From the NCBI GenBank assembly GCA_024645305.1, contig JAHEFU010000001.1:6809-43941 (forward strand): a DNA stretch of 37,133 nt, in the 5' to 3' direction. The DNA is from Planctomycetales bacterium (GTDB taxonomy: Bacteria; 4484-113; JAFGCY01). The position numbers and the translations under genes are program-made. Of the stretch, positions 25,700 to 33,786 are shown in pieces. The notes under the pieces are model-generated. The model saw nothing but the letters and a program-made list of their open reading frames with translations, was not told the origin of the DNA and searched no databases. Every line of letters starts with the position of its first letter. Positions within the stretch are counted from its first letter, which is position 1.

Positions 25700-25730
25700 C
25701 GGGTCGCCCACGGGCGGCCCGTTTTTTTTT
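25700..25730 (+). terminator. Rho-independent terminator after mdh
   Basis: CGGGTCGCCC (25700-25709) pairs with GGGCGGCCCG (25712-25721), with one G-U pair, followed by T9 (25722-25730). Confidence 0.8.
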
Positions 25731-25797
25731 CTGAGAATAACAACGGGCAACGAGTCCGCGATAGATCGCGGCAGGGTCGTGTAATGCCGCCTGTGCT

Positions 25798-26511
25798 CTA
25801 GCCCCGTCGCCAGATCCCCAGTGGGGTGCCTTCATTGCCCTGGCCCAGCGGGTTGTCCGTCAGGCAGTTCTCCAGCAGCTTTTCGTCAGTGCGCGACAGG
25901 GTGCTGCCGATGCACCAGGGGTGGAAGATGTCGTTGACGTCCACGATCGCGCAGTCCATCCCGGTCTGTTCCTTCAGTTTCCTGCATGTGCCGCGCGGGT
26001 CAGCCGGACCGGGGATCACGCATTCGTAGAACTCCGGGATGCCCATCGTATGCTCGGCGTCCATCATCTTGGCCTGGATGCCGGCGGCGGCGTAGAACCA
26101 GCCGCTCTGGCGGAACAGCCGGCCCACCACATGCCAGGCGCAGCCGGCGAGGATCCGGTGCAGGCCCGACAGTTCGATGGCGTACTGCATCGCGTAGGGG
26201 CTGCGCAGGCCAACTCCGTAGGGTGACTTGGTGACCAGTCGCGACAAGCGGCGGGCGATCGCCGTGGGCTTGATCTTGCGGTGGTCCCGGGCCCGGCCCT
26301 GCATGATGCTGACGCCTGTTTCGGCAAGGAAGAGCACATCGCCTGCCTGCCAGTGCGGCCTGACGTACTGCTCAACAATGCTGGCAGGATCGTCTCTTTC
26401 AGTTAGAATGTGTGTACGAATCGGAATGCGCGTGTACTGCTTTCCCTCGAACTCGAGGCTGAGGCTCTGCGGGCCGGTAACGCCACCCTGATCCTGATCA
26501 TCATGTGTCAT
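25798..26511 (-). CDS. F420-0:gamma-glutamyl ligase (CofE)-like family protein, divergent
   Basis: By-eye alignment to CofE: PI.T..L...DD.A.I......AGDVLF.AE..VS..QGR near the N-terminus, ..MD....VDVND in the middle, and a NPLGQG.EGTP tail. I place the start at the ATG at 26511; the ORF-track start at 26730 would overlap the divergent gene. Confidence 0.5.
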   Translation of the reverse strand: MTHDDQDQGGVTGPQSLSLEFEGKQYTRIPIRTHILTERDDPASIVEQYVRPHWQAGDVLFLAETGVSIMQGRARDHRKIKPTAIARRLSRLVTKSPYGVGLRSPYAMQYAIELSGLHRILAGCAWHVVGRLFRQSGWFYAAAGIQAKMMDAEHTMGIPEFYECVIPGPADPRGTCRKLKEQTGMDCAIVDVNDIFHPWCIGSTLSRTDEKLLENCLTDNPLGQGNEGTPLGIWRRG

Positions 26512-26526
26512 CTGGAATCGCCAGTC

Positions 26527-26533
26527 TATAATA
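26527..26533. promoter_or_regulatory. Overlapping back-to-back -10 elements in a 37-bp divergent intergenic region (TATAAT on +, TATTAT on -)
   Basis: The sequence tcTATAATAtg reads TATAAT on the plus strand (26527-26532), 16 nt before the ATG at 26549. It reads TATTAT on the minus strand (26533-26528), 16 nt before the ATG at 26511. Confidence 0.4.
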
Positions 26534-26548
26534 TGCGCTCGGTCATAT

Positions 26549-27538
26549 ATGAAGCGTAAAGTGTACCTGATCGGCCCCAAGCCTGATGCGGATTGTGCCG
26601 CGCAACTGCATCGTGCGGTTCTGGCCGGGCAGGAACTGCCCATCGAAGTGGAAAGCATCGCCATGGAGCAGGCCAGTTTCCATGAGCGGATGACCGAAAT
26701 GCTCAGCCAGCCGGAATTTCTCGGAGCCAAGATCCTCGAGCCCTACAAGCAGCCCAGTCTGGCCTACTGCCAGGAGATCACCCCCTCGGCCCGCGGCCTG
26801 GGTGCGGTGAATACCCTCGTCAGGCGCCCCAGTGGCCTGATCTACGGCGAGAACACCGATGTGCATGCCTTCGTGGACTACCTGCGGGAACAGGGGATTG
26901 ACCGCGTGCGTACAGCCCTGGTAATGGGAGCGGGTGGAGCTGCGCGGGTGGCCCTCGCCGGCCTGCGCAACATGAACTGCGCCAGATACATGGTCGGATT
27001 CGGCCATCCCCGCCGTCCCGCGGAGATCGCCAGCCAGTTCAAGGACATCCGCCGCCAGATCAGCTTCTTCCAGCTGGAGGACATGAAGAACTTCTTCGGC
27101 TGGATCAATGAGGTGGACTTCTTCGCCGACCGTGATCCGCTGCCGGCTCCGGGTTACAAGAAGCCCAAGCGGCGGGACCAGGGTGGCGGAGATGCGGTGA
27201 AACGGTGGGACCTGCTGGTCAACGCCACTCCGGTGGGTGACAACGGAACGACCGGCGAGAGCCTGATCACAGTCACCAATTTCCTGCGCTGCTTCGAGCG
27301 CGTGCTTGACCTCGTTCCGAGCGCCGAGCCTACTGAACTTGTCAACCTGGCACGCAGCGCCGGAGTACCTGCCCTGCAAGGCGATATCCTGAATCGCATG
27401 CAGGAGGACAACGCGCGGGAGATGTGGCTCAGGGAGTACAGGCGCAGTGTGAACGGCGAAGTGGACGAACCCCGGAAGACCACCCGGCGCAGTGGTGCGA
27501 ACCGGCGCAAGCCGCTGCTCAAGAAACGCAACGGTTGA
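26549..27538 (+). CDS. aroE: Shikimate dehydrogenase family protein (AroE-like) with a degenerate N-terminal substrate motif, an internal insertion and a basic C-terminal tail
   Basis: The motifs LGAKILEPYK, GAVNTL, GENTD, the Rossmann motif MGAGGAAR and LLVNATPVG are present. The usual G.PI.HS.SP motif is replaced by GPKPDADCAA. The last ~35 aa are Arg/Lys-rich. Confidence 0.6.
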   Translation: MKRKVYLIGPKPDADCAAQLHRAVLAGQELPIEVESIAMEQASFHERMTEMLSQPEFLGAKILEPYKQPSLAYCQEITPSARGLGAVNTLVRRPSGLIYGENTDVHAFVDYLREQGIDRVRTALVMGAGGAARVALAGLRNMNCARYMVGFGHPRRPAEIASQFKDIRRQISFFQLEDMKNFFGWINEVDFFADRDPLPAPGYKKPKRRDQGGGDAVKRWDLLVNATPVGDNGTTGESLITVTNFLRCFERVLDLVPSAEPTELVNLARSAGVPALQGDILNRMQEDNAREMWLREYRRSVNGEVDEPRKTTRRSGANRRKPLLKKRNG

Positions 27539-27540
27539 TA

Positions 27541-28578
27541 TCAGATCCAGTTGCGCGAGCGGAAGAACACTATCAGCGACACCGTCACCATCGCCATCAG
27601 GCCCACGACTCCATAAAGTCCCAGGGGGCTGCCCGACAGCCAGAGGTTGTCAAAGTTCATCCCCCAGAACCCCGTGATCAGCGTCAGCGGCAGCATCAGG
27701 GTGGACATGATTGTCAGGATGTATAGCTTCTCGTTCGTCTGGTAGCCTGTGATCAGGCTGTGGACTTCCATCACGTGGTTCAGGGAGCGGTCCTCACTCT
27801 CAATGATTTCCAGGTAATTGAGCACGTGGTCACGGATATCCGAGAAGTAGATCGCGATTTCCTCGGAGGACTCCGGAGCGCCGTCATAGTTGTATTCGCG
27901 GATGATCTGGTTCAGCAGCGAGGATTCGCTGGATAACGTGCGCCGCATCATCACCAGGGACTGGCGGCTGCGCAGGATGAACTTCATGTCGGTTGAACTG
28001 TCCCGCTTGCGGCTGAACGGGTTGGCCTGCAGCCGGGGACGCTTGGCGTCAAAGACTTCGAACTCCAGTTCATCGGTATATGACTGGATCTGCCGCAGGG
28101 TGGCAGTGTAGCTGTCCGTCAGCATGTCGATGATGTGATGCAGGAACAGCACGGCCCGCTCACGGTACTCCACAATATGTCTGGGTGGCTTGCGGAACAT
28201 CTGCAGGAAATTCTCGATGTTGTGCGTGTGAACCGTGATCACATAGGTACGGGAGAAGTACATGTTCAGCTCACGCACGTACAGCTTGTCCCGCGGATTC
28301 CCCTCGTAGTACAGGAAGCTGATGAACTTGTACTCCTGCTCCTCGTCCATCTTGGCCTGGAGGTGTGTAGTCGGTTCAAGGCAGTCTTCCACGGTCTTGG
28401 GGTGGAAGTCCAGGCCGTCGATCATCAATTGCTTGAACTGTTCCGTATCGGCCTTGGAGATGTGGATGTCAATCCAGGTGAACACCTCTGAATTGACCAG
28501 CTGCTCCACCATGGCCAGCTCAAGTTCTGGAAGGACCACCTGATCCTCTCCCTCGAGTTTTACGGCCTCAATTCGCAC
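27541..28578 (-). CDS. corA: CorA-family Mg2+/Co2+ transporter
   Basis: C-terminal ..ITGFWGMNF.. (the GMN motif) followed by two TM helices. The start is uncertain: I prefer the GTG at 28578 because an extended -10 lies 7 nt upstream; the ORF-track TTG is at 28617. Confidence 0.85.
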   Translation of the reverse strand: MRIEAVKLEGEDQVVLPELELAMVEQLVNSEVFTWIDIHISKADTEQFKQLMIDGLDFHPKTVEDCLEPTTHLQAKMDEEQEYKFISFLYYEGNPRDKLYVRELNMYFSRTYVITVHTHNIENFLQMFRKPPRHIVEYRERAVLFLHHIIDMLTDSYTATLRQIQSYTDELEFEVFDAKRPRLQANPFSRKRDSSTDMKFILRSRQSLVMMRRTLSSESSLLNQIIREYNYDGAPESSEEIAIYFSDIRDHVLNYLEIIESEDRSLNHVMEVHSLITGYQTNEKLYILTIMSTLMLPLTLITGFWGMNFDNLWLSGSPLGLYGVVGLMAMVTVSLIVFFRSRNWI

Positions 28579-28585
28579 GGGTGCA

Positions 28586-28594
28586 ATACTATCA
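28586..28594 (-). promoter_or_regulatory. Extended -10 (TGaTAGTAT) 7 nt upstream of the corA GTG at 28578; it overlaps a plus-strand TGcAATACT element for the divergent gene
   Basis: The minus strand reads cTGTGATAGTATtgcacccGTG. The plus strand reads gTGcAATACT at 28582-28590. Confidence 0.35.
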
Positions 28595-28616
28595 CAGCCG
28601 AGAGGCGGCAAATGCA

Positions 28617-29246
28617 ATGAACACGGGTCTGCTCAACAGCTACCGGGTGATCTGGATCATGCTGATCCTGCTTTTTGGCGGCCTGATCTGGTGGTTTGCC
28701 CTGCGTTCCCCGGAAGCCCTGAAAGTGGCGAGTGAGTTCGATGCCAGTCAGATAAAACGCCCCGCCCCCGAGCAGTCCGCAGCTCAGGAAGATGCGGACG
28801 CGAAAGCCACGACTTTCGAGGATACTGCCCCGAAGGAAATTGTGCTGGACAATGCTGATTTCAGTATTACGGGCCAGTCCGGCAATGTGGAAATGAAACT
28901 CTGGGTGAAGACCGGCACCAGGGATGGCAATGAGTTCAAGCTCAAGGAAGGGACTCTGCAGTTCCAGATGAAGAACCACAGTACGCTCCTGCTCAACGTC
29001 ACTGATGGCCTGTTTGCCAGTGGCGAGAACAGCGTGCAGGTTGAAGGTTCAATCACAGGCCAGATCTACGGAACCGAACAGTTCTTTGAGGCAAAGCGCC
29101 TGATCTGGCAGCAGGACAGCAACTGCATCCAGACGGAATCCGTGCGCTACATCGGACCGTTCGTTGATGTGACGGCACTGGGCATGCAGTTTGATGTCGA
29201 AAGCGGCGAAGTGAAATTTGACGGGCCGGTTACGGCCGGAATCTAG
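28617..29246 (+). CDS. Membrane-anchored periplasmic protein, possibly LptC/OstA-like beta-jellyroll
   Basis: An N-terminal TM anchor (VIWIMLILLFGGLIWWFAL), then a ~170-aa beta-rich domain with an LptC-like ending (V..IG.....A.GM.FD...G.V.F.GPV.). GAGAGG SD. The assignment is tentative. Confidence 0.35.
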   Translation: MNTGLLNSYRVIWIMLILLFGGLIWWFALRSPEALKVASEFDASQIKRPAPEQSAAQEDADAKATTFEDTAPKEIVLDNADFSITGQSGNVEMKLWVKTGTRDGNEFKLKEGTLQFQMKNHSTLLLNVTDGLFASGENSVQVEGSITGQIYGTEQFFEAKRLIWQQDSNCIQTESVRYIGPFVDVTALGMQFDVESGEVKFDGPVTAGI

Positions 29247-29247
29247 C

Positions 29248-30018
29248 TTAGACCGCTGAAATGTACCAGCGGACGCTCAGGCGGTCCTCGAAACCGGCCT
29301 TGCTGGTGAAGTAGCGCAGCCGGCCTGATCTCTGGGTCCAGCAGTTCATGAACATCTTGCTCTGCTCCTGGGTGGACACTCCGAGCTTCCCTATAAGCGT
29401 CTTTCCCAGTCCCTGGCGCCGCATTTCCGGGTCCACGACGATGTAGCACAGCCTCACGGCGAGGTCACCGGACATGCTGCCTGCCACAGCCAATACCTTG
29501 CCATCCCGTTCAAGTACGCTGCATTCAAGCATCTGCGGCCAGCCATCCAGACTGAGTAACGCCGGGCCGGCCAAGGCCTCCTGTGCATCTGCACCCGCTG
29601 CCATCAGTTCAAGGACAGCCGTGTCCTGCCAGTCCGCCTGACGCAGCTCAAGCCCTCCAGCTGCTGTATGCTTGCCGGAGGGAAACATCATCTGCACGTT
29701 GTCAGGTACACCATCCTCCCGCCGGGGGAGGTCCAGCAGGTACATGATCTCGTCCATCTCGGTCACCGCTGCGCTCCGGCCCTCGGCCGGTTCATACAGC
29801 AGCAGCATTCCCGCCAGCCTGCCTTGCACATCGCTGGCGTACTGCCTGCAGGCATCAACCATTTCCTCGTAATCCCCAAGGGCTGCAAGGTCGCTGATGC
29901 CGACCCAGACCTGCGGACCATGGCTGATCAGCAGGCCGCCCTCCTCTCCGGCGAGCTGTCCGCCCAGTTCGCTGCTGAGCAGCTGACGGCACATGAAGCG
30001 AAAGTTGGCATCTGTCAC
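29248..30018 (-). CDS. GNAT-family N-acetyltransferase domain protein (C-terminal GNAT, N-terminal domain unknown)
   Basis: C-terminal ..CYIVVDPEMRRQGLGKTLI.. matches GNAT motif A (R/Q-x-x-G-x-G/A). GTG start. Confidence 0.65.
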   Translation of the reverse strand: MTDANFRFMCRQLLSSELGGQLAGEEGGLLISHGPQVWVGISDLAALGDYEEMVDACRQYASDVQGRLAGMLLLYEPAEGRSAAVTEMDEIMYLLDLPRREDGVPDNVQMMFPSGKHTAAGGLELRQADWQDTAVLELMAAGADAQEALAGPALLSLDGWPQMLECSVLERDGKVLAVAGSMSGDLAVRLCYIVVDPEMRRQGLGKTLIGKLGVSTQEQSKMFMNCWTQRSGRLRYFTSKAGFEDRLSVRWYISAV

Positions 30019-30095
30019 GAGCTAATGATGCCATAGAATTCTGCGGAAGCCACAGCTCAGATGTGCAGGGTAGGGGATGGGCTGCCTGCGCTCGG

Positions 30096-30101
30096 TATAA
30101 T
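30096..30101 (+). promoter_or_regulatory. -10 hexamer TATAAT upstream of the thiolase gene
   Basis: cggTATAATcaaccc. The leader would be about 33 nt and contains GAAGGAGAG before the ATG at 30141. Confidence 0.4.
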
Positions 30102-30140
30102 CAACCCGATTCAACCCATCTGACGCGAAGGAGAGCAACA

Positions 30141-31319
30141 ATGGCTTCCGTAATCATCGACGCAACCCGTACCGCCATCGGAGCATTCGGCGGAACCCTG
30201 AAGGACATCAGCGCACCGGATCTCGGCGCACACTGCATCAGGACCCTGGTCGAGCGCAACGGGCTGGCCGCAGACGCATTTGATGACGTGATCATGGGGC
30301 ATGTGCTCGGTGCAGGTGTGGGACAGATCCCCAGCCGGCAGGCCGCCCTGCGGGGTGGACTGGCCGAAAGCACACCGAGCTTCACCATCAACAAAGTCTG
30401 CGCTTCCGGCATGCGTGCGGTCACCCTGGCGGACACCCTGATCAGCGCCGGCAAGGGCAAAATGATAATGGCCGGCGGCTTTGAAAGCATGAGTTGTGCC
30501 CCCTACGCCGATTTCCAGCACCGCTGGGGCGGCCGGATGGGGGATGGGAAGATGGTCGACCTGATGATCCACGACGGTCTGTGGTGCGCCTTCGAAGGCG
30601 TGCACATGGCCGTGCATGGCGACACCATCAGCAGGGAATACACCATCAGCCGCGAGGCCTGTGACGAATTCAGCGCCCGCAGCCAGCAGCTGGCCGCGGA
30701 TGGCATGACATCCGGCAGGCTGGCGGAGGAGATCGCAGCGCTGAGTATCCCGCAGCGCAAGAAGGACCCCATCGTATTTGACAAGGACGAGCAGCCCCGG
30801 CCGGGGTCCACGTTTGAGGTGCTGTCCGGCCTGCGTCCCGTGCTCGGCACGGAGCTGATCACGGCTGGCAACGCCCCCAGTGTCAATGACGGTGGAGCTG
30901 CCCTGATCATTGCCAGCGAGGAGCATGCGAAGGAACTTGGCAAGAAGCCGCTGGCCCGCATCCTCGGTGAGGCCCATGTCGCCATGAAGCCCTACCAGTT
31001 CCCCGTGGCCCCTGCCTTTGCAGTGCAGAAGCTGCTGGTGGAGCAGGGCCGCTCACTCAACGACATCAAGCTGATTGAATGCAATGAAGCCTTCGCGGCT
31101 GTGGCCCTGGCCTGCGGGCAGATCCTGGAATGGGACGTTGACAGGGTGAATGTCAACGGTGGCGCTGTGGCCTTCGGCCATCCGATCGGCATGAGCGGTG
31201 CGCGGATCATCATGACCCTGGCCTACGAACTGCGCCGTCGTGGTGGTGGTCTGGGTGTGGCCTGCATCTGCTCCGGCAGTGGACAGGGTGATGCAGTGCT
31301 GATCGAAGTCGACGGTTAG
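30141..31319 (+). CDS. Acetyl-CoA C-acetyltransferase (thiolase II)
   Basis: MASVIIDA.RTAIG.FGG.L, the active-site motifs NKVCASGMRAV, NEAFA, GGA.A.GHPIG.SGARI and a C-terminal Cys region. The protein is 392 aa. Confidence 0.95.
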   Translation: MASVIIDATRTAIGAFGGTLKDISAPDLGAHCIRTLVERNGLAADAFDDVIMGHVLGAGVGQIPSRQAALRGGLAESTPSFTINKVCASGMRAVTLADTLISAGKGKMIMAGGFESMSCAPYADFQHRWGGRMGDGKMVDLMIHDGLWCAFEGVHMAVHGDTISREYTISREACDEFSARSQQLAADGMTSGRLAEEIAALSIPQRKKDPIVFDKDEQPRPGSTFEVLSGLRPVLGTELITAGNAPSVNDGGAALIIASEEHAKELGKKPLARILGEAHVAMKPYQFPVAPAFAVQKLLVEQGRSLNDIKLIECNEAFAAVALACGQILEWDVDRVNVNGGAVAFGHPIGMSGARIIMTLAYELRRRGGGLGVACICSGSGQGDAVLIEVDG

Positions 31320-31351
31320 CCAACCCGGCGCATCCGGCGGATGCGTAACTA

Positions 31352-32707
31352 ATGACTCGGAATAAAGGCATTATGGACAGCCAAAAAGGCCAGCTTGTGA
31401 AAATCCGCGAGCGCGTGGAAACGCAGTTCCAGAGTTTCGTGCGCCTGGAGAGTGCCAGTGGCATCGTCCTGCTGGCCTGCGCCGTGATTGCCCTGATCTG
31501 GGCCAACAGTCCCTGGAGTGACAGCTACTTCCTGCTGTGGAAGACCAAGCTCGGTGTGAAGTTCGGCACACTGGAGATGTCCTATCCGCTCTACCACTGG
31601 ATCAACGACGGACTGATGGCACTTTTCTTCTTCCTCGTCGGTCTGGAAATAAAGCGCGAGGTGCTCGTCGGTGAGCTGAATACCTTCCGCCGTGCGATGC
31701 TGCCCGTCTTTGCCGCCGTCGGCGGTATGGCGGTGCCCGCCCTGATTTACGTGATTGTCAACGCTGGCACGGCCTACACGAAGGGCTGGGGAATTCCGAT
31801 GGCGACGGACATCGCCTTCGCACTGGCCATCATGGCCATGCTTGGCAGCCGGGTGCCGCTGTCCCTCAAGGTCTTCCTGACAGCCGTGGCCATCGTGGAT
31901 GATCTCGGTGCGGTGATGGTGATCGCGATCTTCTACAGCGCGGACCTGGCCTGGAACATGCTGCTGGCGGCAGGCGGTCTGCTGGCGGTGGCCTTCATCA
32001 TGAACGCCGCCGGAGTGCGCCGGCCGCTGCCCTATGCCCTGGTCGGCATCCTCGTCTGGTACTTTTTCCACGAATCCGGAGTGCACGCCACGATTGCCGG
32101 AGTGCTCGTGGCCATGTCGATTCCGGCAAGCAGTTCGATCAGGTTGCAGGAATTCATCCAACGTGGGCGCCGACTGCTGCAACGCATGGAAACCGATACA
32201 GCGCATGACTCACATCACCTGAATGACTACATCGCCGGACTGGACAATGCCTGCCGGGAAGTTGAGCCGCCCCTGCAGTACATAGAGCATGCCCTGCAGC
32301 CCTGGATCGCCTATCTGGTGATGCCACTGTTTGCGCTGGCAAACGCAGGCGTCATGCTCGGCGGAGATGCACTCTCGATGCTCGGGCATACGGTTGCCAT
32401 CGGCATCGGGGCGGGACTGCTGCTTGGCAAGCTCGCCGGTGTCACGGCCTTCACCTGGCTGGCTGTCAAACTGGGGGTCGCGGAAATGCCACAGGGTGTC
32501 GGCTGGGCCCAGATCACCGGGGTCTCCATCCTGTGCGGCCTCGGCTTCACGATGAGCCTGTTCATTGCCAATCTTGCGTTTGATGACGAGGCGCTGCTTG
32601 CCACCGCCAAGGTGGGGATCCTCAGTGCCTCCCTGATTGCGGGAGCTGCCGGTTACATTTTGCTCGCACGCACGACAGGGACTGCGCCTGCCAGCGAAGC
32701 TGCCTGA
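31352..32707 (+). CDS. nhaA: Na+/H+ antiporter NhaA
   Basis: ..WINDGLMA.FFF.VGLEIKRE...GEL.. is the NhaA signature, and the protein is polytopic throughout. An alternative start is the ATG at 31373. Confidence 0.9.
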   Translation: MTRNKGIMDSQKGQLVKIRERVETQFQSFVRLESASGIVLLACAVIALIWANSPWSDSYFLLWKTKLGVKFGTLEMSYPLYHWINDGLMALFFFLVGLEIKREVLVGELNTFRRAMLPVFAAVGGMAVPALIYVIVNAGTAYTKGWGIPMATDIAFALAIMAMLGSRVPLSLKVFLTAVAIVDDLGAVMVIAIFYSADLAWNMLLAAGGLLAVAFIMNAAGVRRPLPYALVGILVWYFFHESGVHATIAGVLVAMSIPASSSIRLQEFIQRGRRLLQRMETDTAHDSHHLNDYIAGLDNACREVEPPLQYIEHALQPWIAYLVMPLFALANAGVMLGGDALSMLGHTVAIGIGAGLLLGKLAGVTAFTWLAVKLGVAEMPQGVGWAQITGVSILCGLGFTMSLFIANLAFDDEALLATAKVGILSASLIAGAAGYILLARTTGTAPASEAA

Positions 32708-32709
32708 AC

Positions 32710-33264
32710 CTATTCTTCCTCTGCGCTATCGGCGGCAGCGGAAGCATCGTCAACTGCGCCGATAGGCGCAGCACCGCCTGGCTGCACCCACTGCAGGTCA
32801 GTGTTAGGCGCCGGGAAGCCGAGCATCCTGCACTGCACCACTATCTGACCCTTGTGGTGGGCCATATGGAACAGCATCCGCATGAACATCGCGCCGTGGG
32901 GCATGCGGGTTTCGCGGCCGCTGGGCCAGACGAAGGTCTCGAAGTGGTCCAGTTCCTTTTCGCTGCGGCCCTGCAGCCAGCCGCCCGCCCGGCGTTTGAG
33001 GTTCTGCCAGGCGGAACGGAACTGGAATATTCCCCGCAGCTCCTCGAGGTCATCCTTCGGCTCGTCCCTGTCTCCCAGCATGTACATGATGCGGTTGCCT
33101 GACATCAGCAGGTGCGTCAGGTGGGAACGGATGCTTGGGAATGCATGGTCCGCGATCTCCGTTTCCAGCATGTCGTTGGGCATTGATTCCAGGTGGTCGA
33201 TCAGGCGGATGTAGGCATCATCCATCTGGAGCAATGTGTAATAGAGCATCTTGCTTGTATACAT
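32710..33264 (-). CDS. DinB/YfiT-like superfamily protein (putative metal-dependent four-helix bundle)
   Basis: ..SIRSHLTHLL......., and ...LFHMAHHKGQI match a DinB-family His-triad pattern. It lies downstream of queF on the same strand with a 29-bp gap. Confidence 0.65.
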   Translation of the reverse strand: MYTSKMLYYTLLQMDDAYIRLIDHLESMPNDMLETEIADHAFPSIRSHLTHLLMSGNRIMYMLGDRDEPKDDLEELRGIFQFRSAWQNLKRRAGGWLQGRSEKELDHFETFVWPSGRETRMPHGAMFMRMLFHMAHHKGQIVVQCRMLGFPAPNTDLQWVQPGGAAPIGAVDDASAAADSAEEE

Positions 33265-33293
33265 AACGCTTGGATTCCTGGTCTGGTCTCAGA

Positions 33294-33716
33294 TTACTGT
33301 ACCTTGTTGGGACTTCTTCTGACAGTGGTGGTAATGCTGATGGCCCCTCGCGGGTTCATGTAACCGGTCACTGTCAATGAATGAGGTTTGAGGAGGTTGT
33401 ATATGTCGTCAGCAATCCGGTTGGACAGATCCTCCCAGAATGCGGCCTCATTGCGGAAACTGAAGAGATAGAGCTTCAGGGACTTGCTTTCAAGGCAGAG
33501 CCCGTCGGGTACGAACTCGATGACGAAGCGACCGTAGTCAGGTTGCCCCGTGACGGGGCACATGCTCGTGAACTCCGGGCAGTCAAAGCTGATGCTGTAG
33601 TCGGAACCGGGGCTGGGGTTGGGGAAGCTCTCGAGGATTGCGGCATCGGGCCGCACGGGGTAGTCCGGTTTGCCTCCCAGTGCTTGCAGGCCCTCCGTAT
33701 ATATCCTTTCAGCCAC
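33294..33716 (-). CDS. queF: NADPH-dependent 7-cyano-7-deazaguanine (preQ0) reductase, type I QueF
   Basis: LESFPNP......I.F.CPEFTS.CPVTGQPD (catalytic Cys) and the QueF motif ESKSLKLYLFSFRN, then NPRG.ISI. I prefer the GTG at 33716, which gives 140 aa and has a -10 element 6 nt upstream. The ORF-track start at 33848 would run through the divergent trmL start. Confidence 0.85.
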   Translation of the reverse strand: MAERIYTEGLQALGGKPDYPVRPDAAILESFPNPSPGSDYSISFDCPEFTSMCPVTGQPDYGRFVIEFVPDGLCLESKSLKLYLFSFRNEAAFWEDLSNRIADDIYNLLKPHSLTVTGYMNPRGAISITTTVRRSPNKVQ

Positions 33717-33722
33717 ACTTGA

Positions 33723-33728
33723 AGTATA
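33723..33728 (-). promoter_or_regulatory. -10 hexamer TATACT 6 nt upstream of the queF GTG
   Basis: The minus strand reads ccTATACTtcaagtGTG. No SD. Confidence 0.4.
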
Positions 33729-33770
33729 GGTCCTGCACAGCTCCTGCGCCAATGAGGGAAAACGGGGCAA

Positions 33771-33779
33771 TGTGATAAT
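33771..33779 (+). promoter_or_regulatory. Extended -10 (TGtGATAAT) 7 nt upstream of the trmL ATG at 33787
   Basis: The sequence reads aTGtGATAATggggcggATG. No SD. Confidence 0.45.
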
Positions 33780-33786
33780 GGGGCGG

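Noticed and set aside
25731-25797. The hairpin CCGCGATAGATCGCGG downstream of the CofE-like gene as a possible small RNA
   Set aside because: It is a short 6-bp stem in the 3' region of a minus-strand gene, and is more simply explained as part of that gene's terminator region. No promoter or conserved structure is evident.
33717-33786. A possible preQ1 riboswitch upstream of queF
   Set aside because: There is no hairpin plus A-rich tail resembling preQ1-I or preQ1-II. The -10 hexamer sits 6 nt from the start codon, leaving no room for an aptamer.
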